From an uncultured Actinomycetes bacterium (GTDB lineage: Bacteria; Actinomycetota; UBA4738; HRBIN12): a stretch of 64,000 bases of DNA. The notes beneath the pieces were generated by a model that did not search any database, had not been told where the DNA came from, and saw only the letters and a list, made by a program, of their open reading frames with translations. Where the stretch lies: assembly GCA_963704725.1 (NCBI GenBank), contig OY969934.1, positions 64,001 through 128,000 of the forward strand. The letters are read 5' to 3'. Shown here one piece after another: positions 30,821 to 39,207 of this stretch. Position 1 is the first letter of the stretch. The number at the start of each line of letters is the position of its first letter. The position numbers and the translations under genes were made by a program.

Positions 30821-31597
30821 ATGGGACGACCACGATCGATCCTGCTGCTGCTGATGCTCCTGGCGTCGGCCTGCACCGCGTCGAGCGCCGCCGATCACGC
30901 CCGCCCCGCTGCGACGGCGTCACCCTCGCCGCCGTCGAGCGCGTCCCCGTCCCCGTCGCCGTCCCCGGCGGTGCCGGAGACCGCAGAGGCGGCTCGGACC
31001 CGGTTCGGGGGCCGGGTCTCGGCGCTGCCCGGACCCATCGCCGACGAGATGCGCGGGACGACCTGGAAGCCGGGCTGCCCCGTCCCCCTGCAGGACCTGC
31101 GACTCCTTCGCTTCAACTACTGGACCCCGCGCGGCGACGTGGAGCGCGGACCGATGGTCGTCAACGCCTCGGTCGCGACCGACGTGCTCTGGGTGTTCCG
31201 GCGGCTGTTCGAGGCTCGGTTCCCGCTGCAGCGCGTCGGCCTGGCGCGGGGGTTCCGCGAGTCGCGACTTGAGACGCACCCCGACACGAGGCGGAGCGTG
31301 ACGGCGTCGTTCAACTGCCGCCCCGTCGTGACGCCTGCCGGCGCGGGCGACGAGTTCTCCCAGCATTCCTACGGCCTTGCCGTCGACGTGAACCCCCTGC
31401 AGAACCCGTTCGTGCGCACCGACGGGTGGGTCCGCAACCGGTTCGCGCGCCCGTTCGTCGACCGCTCGCGGTACCGGCCCGGCATGGTCCACGACGGCGA
31501 CGTCGTCGTGCGGTCGTTCGCGGCCATCGGGTGGGAGTGGGGCGGGCGCTGGAGCGGCGACCGAGACTACATGCACTTCTCACTGCTCGGCCGCTGA
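30821..31597 (+). CDS. M15 family metallopeptidase lipoprotein (peptidoglycan peptidase)
   Basis: lipobox ASAC; SFNCR, SQHSYGLAVDVNP, WGGRW...DYMHF. Confidence 0.9.
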   Translation: MGRPRSILLLLMLLASACTASSAADHARPAATASPSPPSSASPSPSPSPAVPETAEAARTRFGGRVSALPGPIADEMRGTTWKPGCPVPLQDLRLLRFNYWTPRGDVERGPMVVNASVATDVLWVFRRLFEARFPLQRVGLARGFRESRLETHPDTRRSVTASFNCRPVVTPAGAGDEFSQHSYGLAVDVNPLQNPFVRTDGWVRNRFARPFVDRSRYRPGMVHDGDVVVRSFAAIGWEWGGRWSGDRDYMHFSLLGR

Positions 31598-31610
31598 GAT
31601 ACTCGGCCCC

Positions 31611-32354
31611 GTGCCGCGGGACTGGGACGCCGCGACGTACGACAGGATCGCCGACCCGATGTTCCGATGGGGCGGCATCGTGGTCGGCCGCCTCGAGCTG
31701 GAGGGCCAGGAGACCGTGCTCGACGCCGGCTGCGGTTCGGGGCGGGTCACGGAGCTCCTCGTCGAGCGACTCCCTCGAGGGCGTGTCGTGGCCCTCGACG
31801 GTTCGCCCTCGATGCTCGAGGGGGCCCGGGGCCGGCTCCGGCGCTTCGGCGACCGGGTCGAGTTCGTCCTGGCCGACCTGGCCCTGCCACTCCCGCTCGA
31901 CCGGCCGGTCGACGCGATCCTGTCCACCGCGACGTTCCACTGGGTCCGGGACCACGACGCGCTGTTCCACAACCTCGCCGCGGTGCTTCGGCCGGGCGGG
32001 GCGCTCGGCGCCCAGTGCGGCGGCGCCGGGAACATCGAGACGATCGCCCGGACCCTGCGCGACCTCGGCGCCGAGCCGTACGGGTCGAAGGTGTACGCGA
32101 CGCCCGAGGAGACCTCGGCCCGGCTGGTCGCAGCGGGATTCACCGAGGTCGAGTGCTGGCTCCAGGCGGAGCCCACGCCGTTCGCGACGCGCGAGGACCT
32201 CGAGACGTACCTGCGAACGATCATCCTGGGCGACCACGTCGAGGCGATGGCTCCGGACGACGCCCGCGCGTTCGCCCGCAGCGTGGCGGAGCGGATGCCG
32301 GGGCTCGAGATCGACTACGTCCGGCTGAACATCCGGGCGCGTCGCCGCGGGTAG
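31611..32354 (+). CDS. SAM-dependent methyltransferase (trans-aconitate MT-like)
   Basis: VLDAGCGSG, STATFHW, DYVRLNIRA. Confidence 0.9.
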   Translation: MPRDWDAATYDRIADPMFRWGGIVVGRLELEGQETVLDAGCGSGRVTELLVERLPRGRVVALDGSPSMLEGARGRLRRFGDRVEFVLADLALPLPLDRPVDAILSTATFHWVRDHDALFHNLAAVLRPGGALGAQCGGAGNIETIARTLRDLGAEPYGSKVYATPEETSARLVAAGFTEVECWLQAEPTPFATREDLETYLRTIILGDHVEAMAPDDARAFARSVAERMPGLEIDYVRLNIRARRRG

Positions 32355-32504
32355 CCGCCCCCGCGGTCCCGTGGCACCGGGGACCTCCGACCCTTCCCGT
32401 CGACGGTGGCGAGTGACTGGATGCGGCCGACGGCCGTCCCGCCGCGGGGAGGTGATGGGTCGGCCGGGGGCCGGTTGCGACGATCCTGGCACGGGAGGGC
32501 AACC

Positions 32505-32864
32505 ATGGACGTCGGGCTTCTGATCCGCTACGGCAAGATCGTGCCCGGCCGGGAGACCGAGGCGGTCGAGCTCTTCGCCGCCGGCGAGCGGTTCTTCAAG
32601 GAGAAGCTCGCCGAGCGGGTGATCACCTACTTCGAGCCGTTCTTCCTGACGACGAGCGACCTCGAGGAGGACCTGGGCTTCCACATCATCAAGGGCCCGG
32701 CCCCCGAGATCTTCAAGCTCATGGAGGACGAGGACTACCGGGCGCTCATGACCAAGATGACACTGGTCGTCGAGCACCCCCGTGCGGACATCCTCACCGT
32801 GGGCGAGGCGATCTACGCACAGGTCGAGCGGTTCGCGAAGGTCCGCGTGGAGCTGGGGCTCTGA
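32505..32864 (+). CDS. hypothetical protein
   Basis: SD GGGAGG; GC3-biased codons; non-shadow composition. Confidence 0.75.
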   Translation: MDVGLLIRYGKIVPGRETEAVELFAAGERFFKEKLAERVITYFEPFFLTTSDLEEDLGFHIIKGPAPEIFKLMEDEDYRALMTKMTLVVEHPRADILTVGEAIYAQVERFAKVRVELGL

Positions 32865-32891
32865 GCGGAGGAACCGAGGGGGCAATCGAAT

Positions 32892-32926
32892 GCGGCCGGG
32901 GCGGACGCGGCGTCCGCCCCGGCCGC
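32892..32926. terminator. perfect 16-bp hairpin between convergent genes (likely bidirectional terminator)
   Basis: GCGGCCGGGGCGGACG-CGG-CGTCCGCCCCGGCCGC. Confidence 0.65.
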
Positions 32927-32935
32927 CCCAACTGC

Positions 32936-33502
32936 TCAGATGAAGAGCTGGATCGCGCTCTCCTTCATCTCGAGCAGCGCGGTGGCGGCCCCGATGGGCT
33001 CCTCGAGCCCCTCGATGAGGTCGTCCTTCCCGATCCCCATCAGGTCCATCGTCATCTGGCACGGGATGAGGCGGACGCCCATGTCCATGGCCATCTCGAG
33101 GAGCTCGGTGGGGTGCGGCGTCTTGTAGTTCTCGGCCACCTTGCCGAGCATCCACGGCCCCATCCCGGCGAACTGGTACCGCGAGAGCTTGGCCTTGGCG
33201 GTCGAGCCCGGGTTCATCACGCCGAGCGCCTTCGTCATCCAGTCCTTGCCGGTCTTGCGTCGCCGGTCGGGTCGCACGAGCGGGAACAGGCCCCAGAACG
33301 TGAAGAACACGCCGACCTCCATGCCGGAGGCGGCGGCCGTGGTCGACAGGATGAGCGTCGGCCAGATGCGGTCGAGGTGCCCGTCCCACGCGACGATCGT
33401 GATCTTGTTCTTCTTGTTGATGCCGTCGCGCTCGGTGACCGCGCGGTCGATCAGCTCGCGAAGCGCGGTCTCGTCCACGGCGGCAGGCGTCTCATCGCCC
33501 AT
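32936..33502 (-). CDS. DsrE/DsrF/DrsH-like (DsrE2-type) sulfur relay protein
   Basis: ILSTTAAASGMEV.VFFTFWGL, IPCQMTMDLMG. Confidence 0.9.
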   Translation of the reverse strand: MGDETPAAVDETALRELIDRAVTERDGINKKNKITIVAWDGHLDRIWPTLILSTTAAASGMEVGVFFTFWGLFPLVRPDRRRKTGKDWMTKALGVMNPGSTAKAKLSRYQFAGMGPWMLGKVAENYKTPHPTELLEMAMDMGVRLIPCQMTMDLMGIGKDDLIEGLEEPIGAATALLEMKESAIQLFI

Positions 33503-33505
33503 CGC

Positions 33506-33736
33506 TCAGGCCTTCCGGATCACGTACCGGAAGACGCCGGCATCCTCGCTCGCCTCGACGAGCTCGTTGCCCGAGAGCGTCGCCCAGCTCGGCACGTCGG
33601 ATCTCGAGCCGGGATCGGTCGCCAGCAGCTCGAGCAGGTCGCCGGACCGGGCCTCCTTGAGCGAGCGGTGCAGCGTGACGAGAGGCCCCGGGCAGGATTG
33701 ACCGCGGGCGTCGACGGTGGTGGAGATGACGTTCAT
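33506..33736 (-). CDS. tusA: sulfur carrier TusA family
   Basis: DARGQSCPGP, ATDPGS..DVPSW; SD GAGGAGG. Confidence 0.92.
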   Translation of the reverse strand: MNVISTTVDARGQSCPGPLVTLHRSLKEARSGDLLELLATDPGSRSDVPSWATLSGNELVEASEDAGVFRYVIRKA

Positions 33737-33794
33737 GGGCGGGAGACCTCCTCGGGATCCGGTCGGGTGGGGGACGGTGCCGGTGGGGCGCGGC

Positions 33795-33881
33795 CTAGCG
33801 GCCGGCGCTCGGCACCCCGGGACAGCAGCACCGGTCGGGGATCATGGCCCCCACGAGCCCGCGGCAGCGTGTCCGGATCAT
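33795..33881 (-). CDS. putative cysteine-rich leader peptide (28 aa)
   Basis: MIRTRCRGLVGAMIPDRCCCPGVPSAGR, between the promoter and tusA; below the ORF-track length cutoff. Confidence 0.6.
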   Translation of the reverse strand: MIRTRCRGLVGAMIPDRCCCPGVPSAGR

Positions 33882-33923
33882 TTGCAACTGCAAATCCTAC
33901 CGGGGATGTGCGGTTCGCGGCAA
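33880..33923 (-). promoter_or_regulatory. tusA-dsrE promoter with palindromic operator
   Basis: TTGCCG-18-TAGGAT; ATTTGCA-AC-TGCAAAT at 33880-33895. Confidence 0.6.
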
Positions 33924-34028
33924 GACAGGCAGCCGAGGCGTGGACCGCGACCGGAGCCACGAACGACCGTGCGTGGAACTCGCCCCTCTAACGGGACCGC
34001 GGGCCTGCGGGCCGGTATCGTGTCGGCG

Positions 34029-35261
34029 ATGCGTTGGACCCGGCGCCTCCTCGTGACCGCGGCGGTCCTGGCCGTCGCGTCGGTGGGCCTGGCGCTGCCG
34101 GCCGCGGCCGCCTCCTGCACGTTCACGGCGCCGACCGTCACGATCGAGGTGGCGCAGGGCGAGACCGCCACGATCGCCCGCACGGGTGAGGTCATCACCC
34201 TGAACGGCACGCCGTGTGAGGCGGCGACGGTCACGACCGCGGACAGCATCGTGGTCAACGCGACGGGCGCCCCCACGGAGATCGCGATCGACGAGTCCGG
34301 CGGGCGCTTCGAGCCCGGCCTTACCCCCGAGCCGGACGGCTCGGAGATCGAGTTCACGCTCAATCTCGGGACGGCGACACCGGTGCTCCGCATCGTCGGC
34401 GGCGCGGACGCCGATTCGATCGTGGTCGGCGCCGACGGGATCAACCTCAATGCGGGCGAGACGACGGGCGACGTCGACGTGATGGTTCCCGCCGGTGGGC
34501 CCGTGATCACCGTCTTGGGCGGGGCCGGCGACGACCGGCTCTCCGTCGCGGGCGGCGCGGGAACGGGCGAGCCCAGCCCCGGGGCGACCCTGCAGGGCGA
34601 GGACGGCGCGGACCTCCTGCAGGCCGGCACCGGAGGGAGCGCGTTCGACGGTGGGGCCGGCACGGACACGATCGACTACGCGATCCTGAGCGGCGTCACG
34701 GTGGACCTGGCCGCGGGAACCGCGGGGGCCACCGGCACCGACACGGTCACCGCCGTCGAGAACGTGACCGGATCGCCGGGCAACGACACGATCACCGGCG
34801 ACGATCAGGCCAACGTGCTTGCCGGCGGGGACGGGAACGACACGATCGACGGCGGCGGAGAAGCCGACACCCTGCTCGGCGGGGAGGGGATGGACACGGC
34901 CTCGTTCGCCTCGTCCCGCGCGAGCGTCACGGTCGACCTCAAGGCGGGCACGGCCGAGGGAGACGGCGCCGACACGCTCGACGGGTTCGAGAACGTCGTG
35001 GGGAGCCGCAAGGGCGACGAGATCCGCGGCAACGGCGCCTCGAACTTCCTCGACGGCGTCAACGGGCCCGACGTGCTCAGCGGCGGCAACGGCGTCGACC
35101 AGCTGGCCGGCGGCAACGGGAACGACCGGCTGTTCGGCGGCAAGGGCAACGACACCCTCAAGGGCGAGGACGGCAAGGACCAGCTCGACGGCGGGGAGGG
35201 GAACGACCGCTGCAAGGGGGGCAACGACCCCGACGCGTTCGTCCGCTGCGAGCATCTCTAG
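34029..35261 (+). CDS. secreted calcium-binding protein with hemolysin-type (RTX) GGxGxD repeats
   Basis: Sec signal ending AAA; many GGxG(N/D)DxL repeats; ENV.GS motifs. Confidence 0.88.
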   Translation: MRWTRRLLVTAAVLAVASVGLALPAAAASCTFTAPTVTIEVAQGETATIARTGEVITLNGTPCEAATVTTADSIVVNATGAPTEIAIDESGGRFEPGLTPEPDGSEIEFTLNLGTATPVLRIVGGADADSIVVGADGINLNAGETTGDVDVMVPAGGPVITVLGGAGDDRLSVAGGAGTGEPSPGATLQGEDGADLLQAGTGGSAFDGGAGTDTIDYAILSGVTVDLAAGTAGATGTDTVTAVENVTGSPGNDTITGDDQANVLAGGDGNDTIDGGGEADTLLGGEGMDTASFASSRASVTVDLKAGTAEGDGADTLDGFENVVGSRKGDEIRGNGASNFLDGVNGPDVLSGGNGVDQLAGGNGNDRLFGGKGNDTLKGEDGKDQLDGGEGNDRCKGGNDPDAFVRCEHL

Positions 35262-35267
35262 GGCCGT

Positions 35268-35645
35268 TCACACGAGCCGCCGCCGGTCCGGCGGCCAGTA
35301 CACCAGCCGAACGCTCCCCTTCACGCCCGCCCGGCGCACGGGTCCGAACGCGCGGCTGTCGGTCGAGCCGTCGGCGGCATCGCCCTCCACCCAGAGCTCA
35401 TCGCCCCCCAGGACGCGGCCGTCCGGCGCGCGGTCGCCGGGGACGGCGATCACGCGTTTCACCATCTCGAAACCCGGGCGCGCCGGATGCTCCACCACCA
35501 CCACGCCGCCCCTGCGGATGCGCCCGGGCACCACCGCCAGGGCCCACTCGCCCGGCTCGAGGGCGGGACGCATCGACGAACCGACGATCTCGACCCGGAA
35601 GGGATTCCAGCGCAAGTACGTCCAGCCCGCCCCGGCAACGACCAC
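35268..35645 (-). CDS. sodX: Ni-SOD maturation protease (S26-like)
   Basis: GSSMRPAL.PG, VKRV, WVEGD...STDSR.FGPV; divergent from sodN; start uncertain (ORF extends to 35735). Confidence 0.8.
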   Translation of the reverse strand: MVVAGAGWTYLRWNPFRVEIVGSSMRPALEPGEWALAVVPGRIRRGGVVVVEHPARPGFEMVKRVIAVPGDRAPDGRVLGGDELWVEGDAADGSTDSRAFGPVRRAGVKGSVRLVYWPPDRRRLV

Positions 35646-35727
35646 GGCGGCCAGGAACGCCTTCCGCCAAGCTCGGGGGCGGTGGTAGGTTCGATCGAGA
35701 GGCCGTCCGTCCGAAAGGGGAAGGTTC

Positions 35728-36144
35728 ATGCTCAAAGCTTTGCTCAGGCCCCGCCGTCTCGTCCACGCCCACTGCGACCTGCCGTGCGGCGTCTACGACC
35801 CCGCGCAGGCGCGGATCGAGGCGGAATCGGTGAAGGCGATCCAGACCCGCTACCAGGACGCGGAGAAGATGAAGTCGGCCGGCGAGACCGCCGACGACTA
35901 CCGGGCGCGGTGCCTCGGCATCAAGGAGGAGCGGGCCGACCTCGTGAAGCACCACCTGTGGGTGCTGTGGACCGACTACTTCAAGCCGGAGCACGCCGAG
36001 AAGTACCCACAGCTTCACGAGCTGTTCTGGAAGGCGACGAAGGAGGCCGGGCTCGCCAAGAAGTCCCAAGATCCCGAGCAGGGCCAGAAGCTCCTGGACG
36101 CGATCGACGAGCTCGGCAAGATCTTCTGGGAGACCAAGGCGTAG
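35728..36144 (+). CDS. sodN: nickel superoxide dismutase
   Basis: Ni-hook HCDLPCGVYDPAQARIE after a 14-aa leader; VLWTDYFKP; IFWETK. Confidence 0.97.
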   Translation: MLKALLRPRRLVHAHCDLPCGVYDPAQARIEAESVKAIQTRYQDAEKMKSAGETADDYRARCLGIKEERADLVKHHLWVLWTDYFKPEHAEKYPQLHELFWKATKEAGLAKKSQDPEQGQKLLDAIDELGKIFWETKA

Positions 36145-36164
36145 CCGAACCACGCGAGCACTGC

Positions 36165-36192
36165 GAGGGCGGGGCCGGGCGGCTCCGCCCTC
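36165..36192 (+). terminator. hairpin after sodN
   Basis: GAGGGCGGGGCC-GGGC-GGCTCCGCCCTC. Confidence 0.5.
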
Positions 36193-36240
36193 TCGCGTCC
36201 GGAGCGGATCGGCGTCGAGGCCGCTGCTAGGCTCGCCCGC

Positions 36241-37218
36241 GTGAAGGACATCGGCCTCGTCGGCGTGCCGTTCAGCGGGAAGTCGACGCTGTTCACGGCG
36301 TTGACGCGATCGGGCTCGCACGGCGGCCAGGCCAACCACGCGCTCGTGCCGGTGCCGGATCCCCGCGTCGAGGTGCTCACGGAGATGGAACGTTCCCGCA
36401 AGACGGTGCACGCGCAGGTGGGGTTCGTGGACGTCCCGGGGGGGATCGCGTCGGCCCAGGGCGTCGCCAAGCTCCGCGAGACCGATGCGCTCGCCCTCGT
36501 CGTCCGGTGCTTCGGTCCCGACGCCCGCCCGGCGGCGGAGCTCGAGGGCATCCGCGCCGACCTCCTCCTCTCGGACCAGGCGGTGATCGAACCGGCCCTG
36601 GCGAAGGCGCGCAAGCGCGCCCGCGGCGGGTCGACCTCGGAGATCGAGGCCCTGGCGCGGGCCAACGACGCCCTCGCGGCCGAGACCCCGCTCCGCGTGG
36701 CCGGCCTGTCGGACGAGGACCGGCGCGAGCTGAAGCCGATCGCGCCGCTGACCCTCAAGCCCGAGGTCGTCGTGGCCAACCTCGAGGAGGGGACGGAGAT
36801 CCCCGCCGACCTACCCCCGGGCGCGGCGGGCGTCTACGCGTCGATCGAGGCCGAGACCGCCGAGATGGACCCCGACGAGGCCCGGGCCCTCCTCGACGAG
36901 TTCGGCGTGCACGAGCCCGGGCTCGAGCGGGTGATCCGGGCGTGCTACGGCGCCCTCGACCTGATCACCTTCCTCACGACGGGCGAGGACGAGACGAGGG
37001 CGTGGGAGGTCCGCCGCGGCGCGAAGGCGCCGGAGGCGGCCGGGGTCATCCACACGGACCTCGAGCGCGGCTTCATCCGCGCCGAGGTCATCGCGTACGA
37101 CGAGCTCGTCGCCGCCGGCTCGATGGAGCAGGCCAAGGCGAAGGGCCAGGTCCGCGTCGAGGGCAAGGACTACGAGGTCCGCGAGGGCGACATCCTCCAC
37201 GTCCGCTTCGCCGTCTGA
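36241..37218 (+). CDS. ychF: YchF/Obg-like ATPase, divergent (DUF933/TGS C-terminus)
   Basis: G.PFSGKSTLF; ITFLTTGEDETRAW, AAGVIHTDLERGFIRAEV, EGKDY.V.EGD. Confidence 0.8.
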   Translation: MKDIGLVGVPFSGKSTLFTALTRSGSHGGQANHALVPVPDPRVEVLTEMERSRKTVHAQVGFVDVPGGIASAQGVAKLRETDALALVVRCFGPDARPAAELEGIRADLLLSDQAVIEPALAKARKRARGGSTSEIEALARANDALAAETPLRVAGLSDEDRRELKPIAPLTLKPEVVVANLEEGTEIPADLPPGAAGVYASIEAETAEMDPDEARALLDEFGVHEPGLERVIRACYGALDLITFLTTGEDETRAWEVRRGAKAPEAAGVIHTDLERGFIRAEVIAYDELVAAGSMEQAKAKGQVRVEGKDYEVREGDILHVRFAV

Positions 37219-37284
37219 GGGTCCCATCCCCAGGTTCTCCCTCGCTTTGGTCAGAGAAACCTTGCTATCGTGCTCTGCATCCAT

Positions 37285-37674
37285 ATGGACGAGACCTATC
37301 GCATCGGCGAGGCCGCGGGGCTTCTCGGCGTGCGCGTCGAGACCCTCCGGCGCTGGGAACGCGACGGCCGGCTCGCCACGACGCGGACCGCGGGAGGGCA
37401 ACGGCTGATCCCCGCCGCCGAGGTCGCGCGCCTGCTCGCGGGGCGACGGGAGCGCCCCCGCGTGACCGCGGCGAGCGCCCGGAACCGGTTCCCCGGCGTG
37501 GTGACCGAGATCAAGCGGGACAAGCTGGCGGCGACGGTCGAGATCCTGGCCGGACCACACCGCATCCTCGCCTTCGTCACACGCGAGGCCGTCGACGAGA
37601 TGGGCCTGAAGTCGGGCATGCACGCCGTCGCCACGGTGAAGGCGACGAACGTCATGGTCGAGGTCGACGAGTGA
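37285..37674 (+). CDS. MerR-like HTH + TOBE molybdate-responsive regulator
   Basis: YRIGEAA.LLGV..ETLRRW; SARNRFPG; A.VKATNVMV. Confidence 0.88.
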   Translation: MDETYRIGEAAGLLGVRVETLRRWERDGRLATTRTAGGQRLIPAAEVARLLAGRRERPRVTAASARNRFPGVVTEIKRDKLAATVEILAGPHRILAFVTREAVDEMGLKSGMHAVATVKATNVMVEVDE

Positions 37675-38435
37675 GACGGGTTGGGCTCGTCGCCGCCGCG
37701 ATACTCCTCCTGCCGGCGTGCGGGACCTCCTCCGGCGCCACGGGGACGCGCGAGCTCACGGTCTCGGCCGCCGCTTCGCTCACCGACGCGTTCACCGACA
37801 TCGGATCGGCCTTCGAGGACGCCACCCCAGGGGTGACGGTCGCCCTCAACTTCGGGGCCTCGGACCAGCTCACGAGCCAGATCGAGGAGGGCGCCCCGGT
37901 CGACGTGTTCGCGTCCGCCAGCCCGGCCTGGATGGACGCCGTCGCGGACGACGGTCCCGGCGTGACCGGCCGGGCCGACTTCGCCCGGAACCGGCTGGCG
38001 ATCATCGTGCCGACGGAGAACCCGGCGGGGATCCGGGGGCTCGACGACCTGACATCGGAAGGCGTGCAGCTGGTCCTCGCGGCCGAAGGGGTCCCTGCCG
38101 GCGACTACGCTCGCCAGATCCTCGACGACGCCGGGATCGCCGACGCGGCGCTCGCAAACGTCGTCTCGAACGAGCCGGACGTTCGGGCCGTCATCGCCAA
38201 GCTGCTCTCCGGCGACGCCGACGTGGGCATGGGGTACGTCACCGACGTCACCCCCGACCTGTCCGACCGGCTCACCCTCATCTCGATCCCCGACGACGTG
38301 AACGTGACCGCGACCTATCCGATCGCGGTCGTGTCCGGCTCCCAGGAGGCTCGCCTCGCGCAGCGTTTCGTCGACTTCGTCCTCGGCGACGGGCAACGAA
38401 CCCTCGAGCGCTACGGGTTCCTCCCCGCCCCGTAG
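37671..38435 (+). CDS. modA: molybdate ABC transporter substrate-binding lipoprotein
   Basis: lipobox LPAC; VSAAASL, FGAS, DVFASA, VPAG.YA, YVTD. Confidence 0.93.
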   Translation: MRRVGLVAAAILLLPACGTSSGATGTRELTVSAAASLTDAFTDIGSAFEDATPGVTVALNFGASDQLTSQIEEGAPVDVFASASPAWMDAVADDGPGVTGRADFARNRLAIIVPTENPAGIRGLDDLTSEGVQLVLAAEGVPAGDYARQILDDAGIADAALANVVSNEPDVRAVIAKLLSGDADVGMGYVTDVTPDLSDRLTLISIPDDVNVTATYPIAVVSGSQEARLAQRFVDFVLGDGQRTLERYGFLPAP

Positions 38436-38460
38436 GGGCCGAACGCCGGTCCCCTTCGCC

Positions 38461-39207
38461 GTGCTCGCGGCGCTCGGCGTCGCGCTCGTCGGCCTGCCCG
38501 TGGCCGGCCTGCTGATCCGCACCCCGTGGTCGCGGATCGGCGAGATCCTGGCGGGCGAGACCGCCCTGGACGCCCTGCGCCTGTCGCTCTTCGTGGCGAC
38601 GGCGGCCGGCGCCGTCTCGTTCGTCATGGGCTTCCCTCTGGCCTGGGCGCTGGCGCGGGGGTCGTTTCGGGGGAAGACCCTCGTGCGCGCGCTCGTCGTG
38701 CTCCCGCTGGTGATGCCGCCGGTCGTGGCCGGCGTCGGACTCCTCGCGGCGTTCGGGCGCCGGGGCATCGTCGGGTCGTGGTTGTTCGACTGGTTCGGGA
38801 TCCAGATCACGTTCACGACGGCCGCCGCCGTGCTGGCCGCGGCGTTCGTCTCGTTCCCGCTGGCGGTCCTCGCGATCGAGGCGGGGCTTCGCGGGCTCGA
38901 CGAACGCCTCGAGGACGCGGCCGCCACCCTCGGCGCCTCGCGCTGGTACGTCCTGCGCCGGGTCACGGTCCCCCTCCTCGGGCCGCAGCTCGCCGCGGCG
39001 TTCGTGCTGTCCTGGGCCCGGGCGCTCGGGGAGTTCGGTGCCACGATCACGTTCGCCGGCAACCTCCGCGGCCGGACGCAGACGCTCCCGCTCGCCGTCT
39101 TCGAGCGCCTGCAGACCGATCAGGATGCGGCGTTCGCGCTGTCCGTCCTGCTCATCGCCGTGGCGTTCACCGTCATCGTGGCGCTCCGCGGCCGGTTCCT
39201 GCGATGA
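38461..39207 (+). CDS. modB: molybdate ABC transporter permease
   Basis: LPLVMPPVVAG, LEDAAATLGA, ARALGEFGATITFAGN. Confidence 0.94.
   Translation: MLAALGVALVGLPVAGLLIRTPWSRIGEILAGETALDALRLSLFVATAAGAVSFVMGFPLAWALARGSFRGKTLVRALVVLPLVMPPVVAGVGLLAAFGRRGIVGSWLFDWFGIQITFTTAAAVLAAAFVSFPLAVLAIEAGLRGLDERLEDAAATLGASRWYVLRRVTVPLLGPQLAAAFVLSWARALGEFGATITFAGNLRGRTQTLPLAVFERLQTDQDAAFALSVLLIAVAFTVIVALRGRFLR

Noticed and set aside
32355-32453. Possible multi-stem RNA closed by CCCCGCGG/CCGCGGGG upstream of the 32505 gene
   Set aside because: Short GC-only helices are expected by chance; no riboswitch consensus recognised.
33733-33960. 75-aa minus-strand ORF overlapping the tusA start
   Set aside because: Low-complexity sequence that spans the predicted promoter; the Cys-rich ORF in another frame fits better.
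34029-35261. RTX toxin or type I secretion substrate
   Set aside because: It has a Sec signal and no T1SS or toxin domain; an ordinary Ca-binding surface protein.
35646-35735. sodX ORF overlapping sodN head-to-head
   Set aside because: Probably an over-extended start; a divergent sodX/sodN layout is known from Streptomyces.
37725-37745. SSGAT in the ModA linker (and ASGAT in the 14290..15126 protein) as ApbE sites
   Set aside because: A four-residue match is common by chance and lacks the upstream Asp context; the second lies within a repeat whose twin does not keep it.
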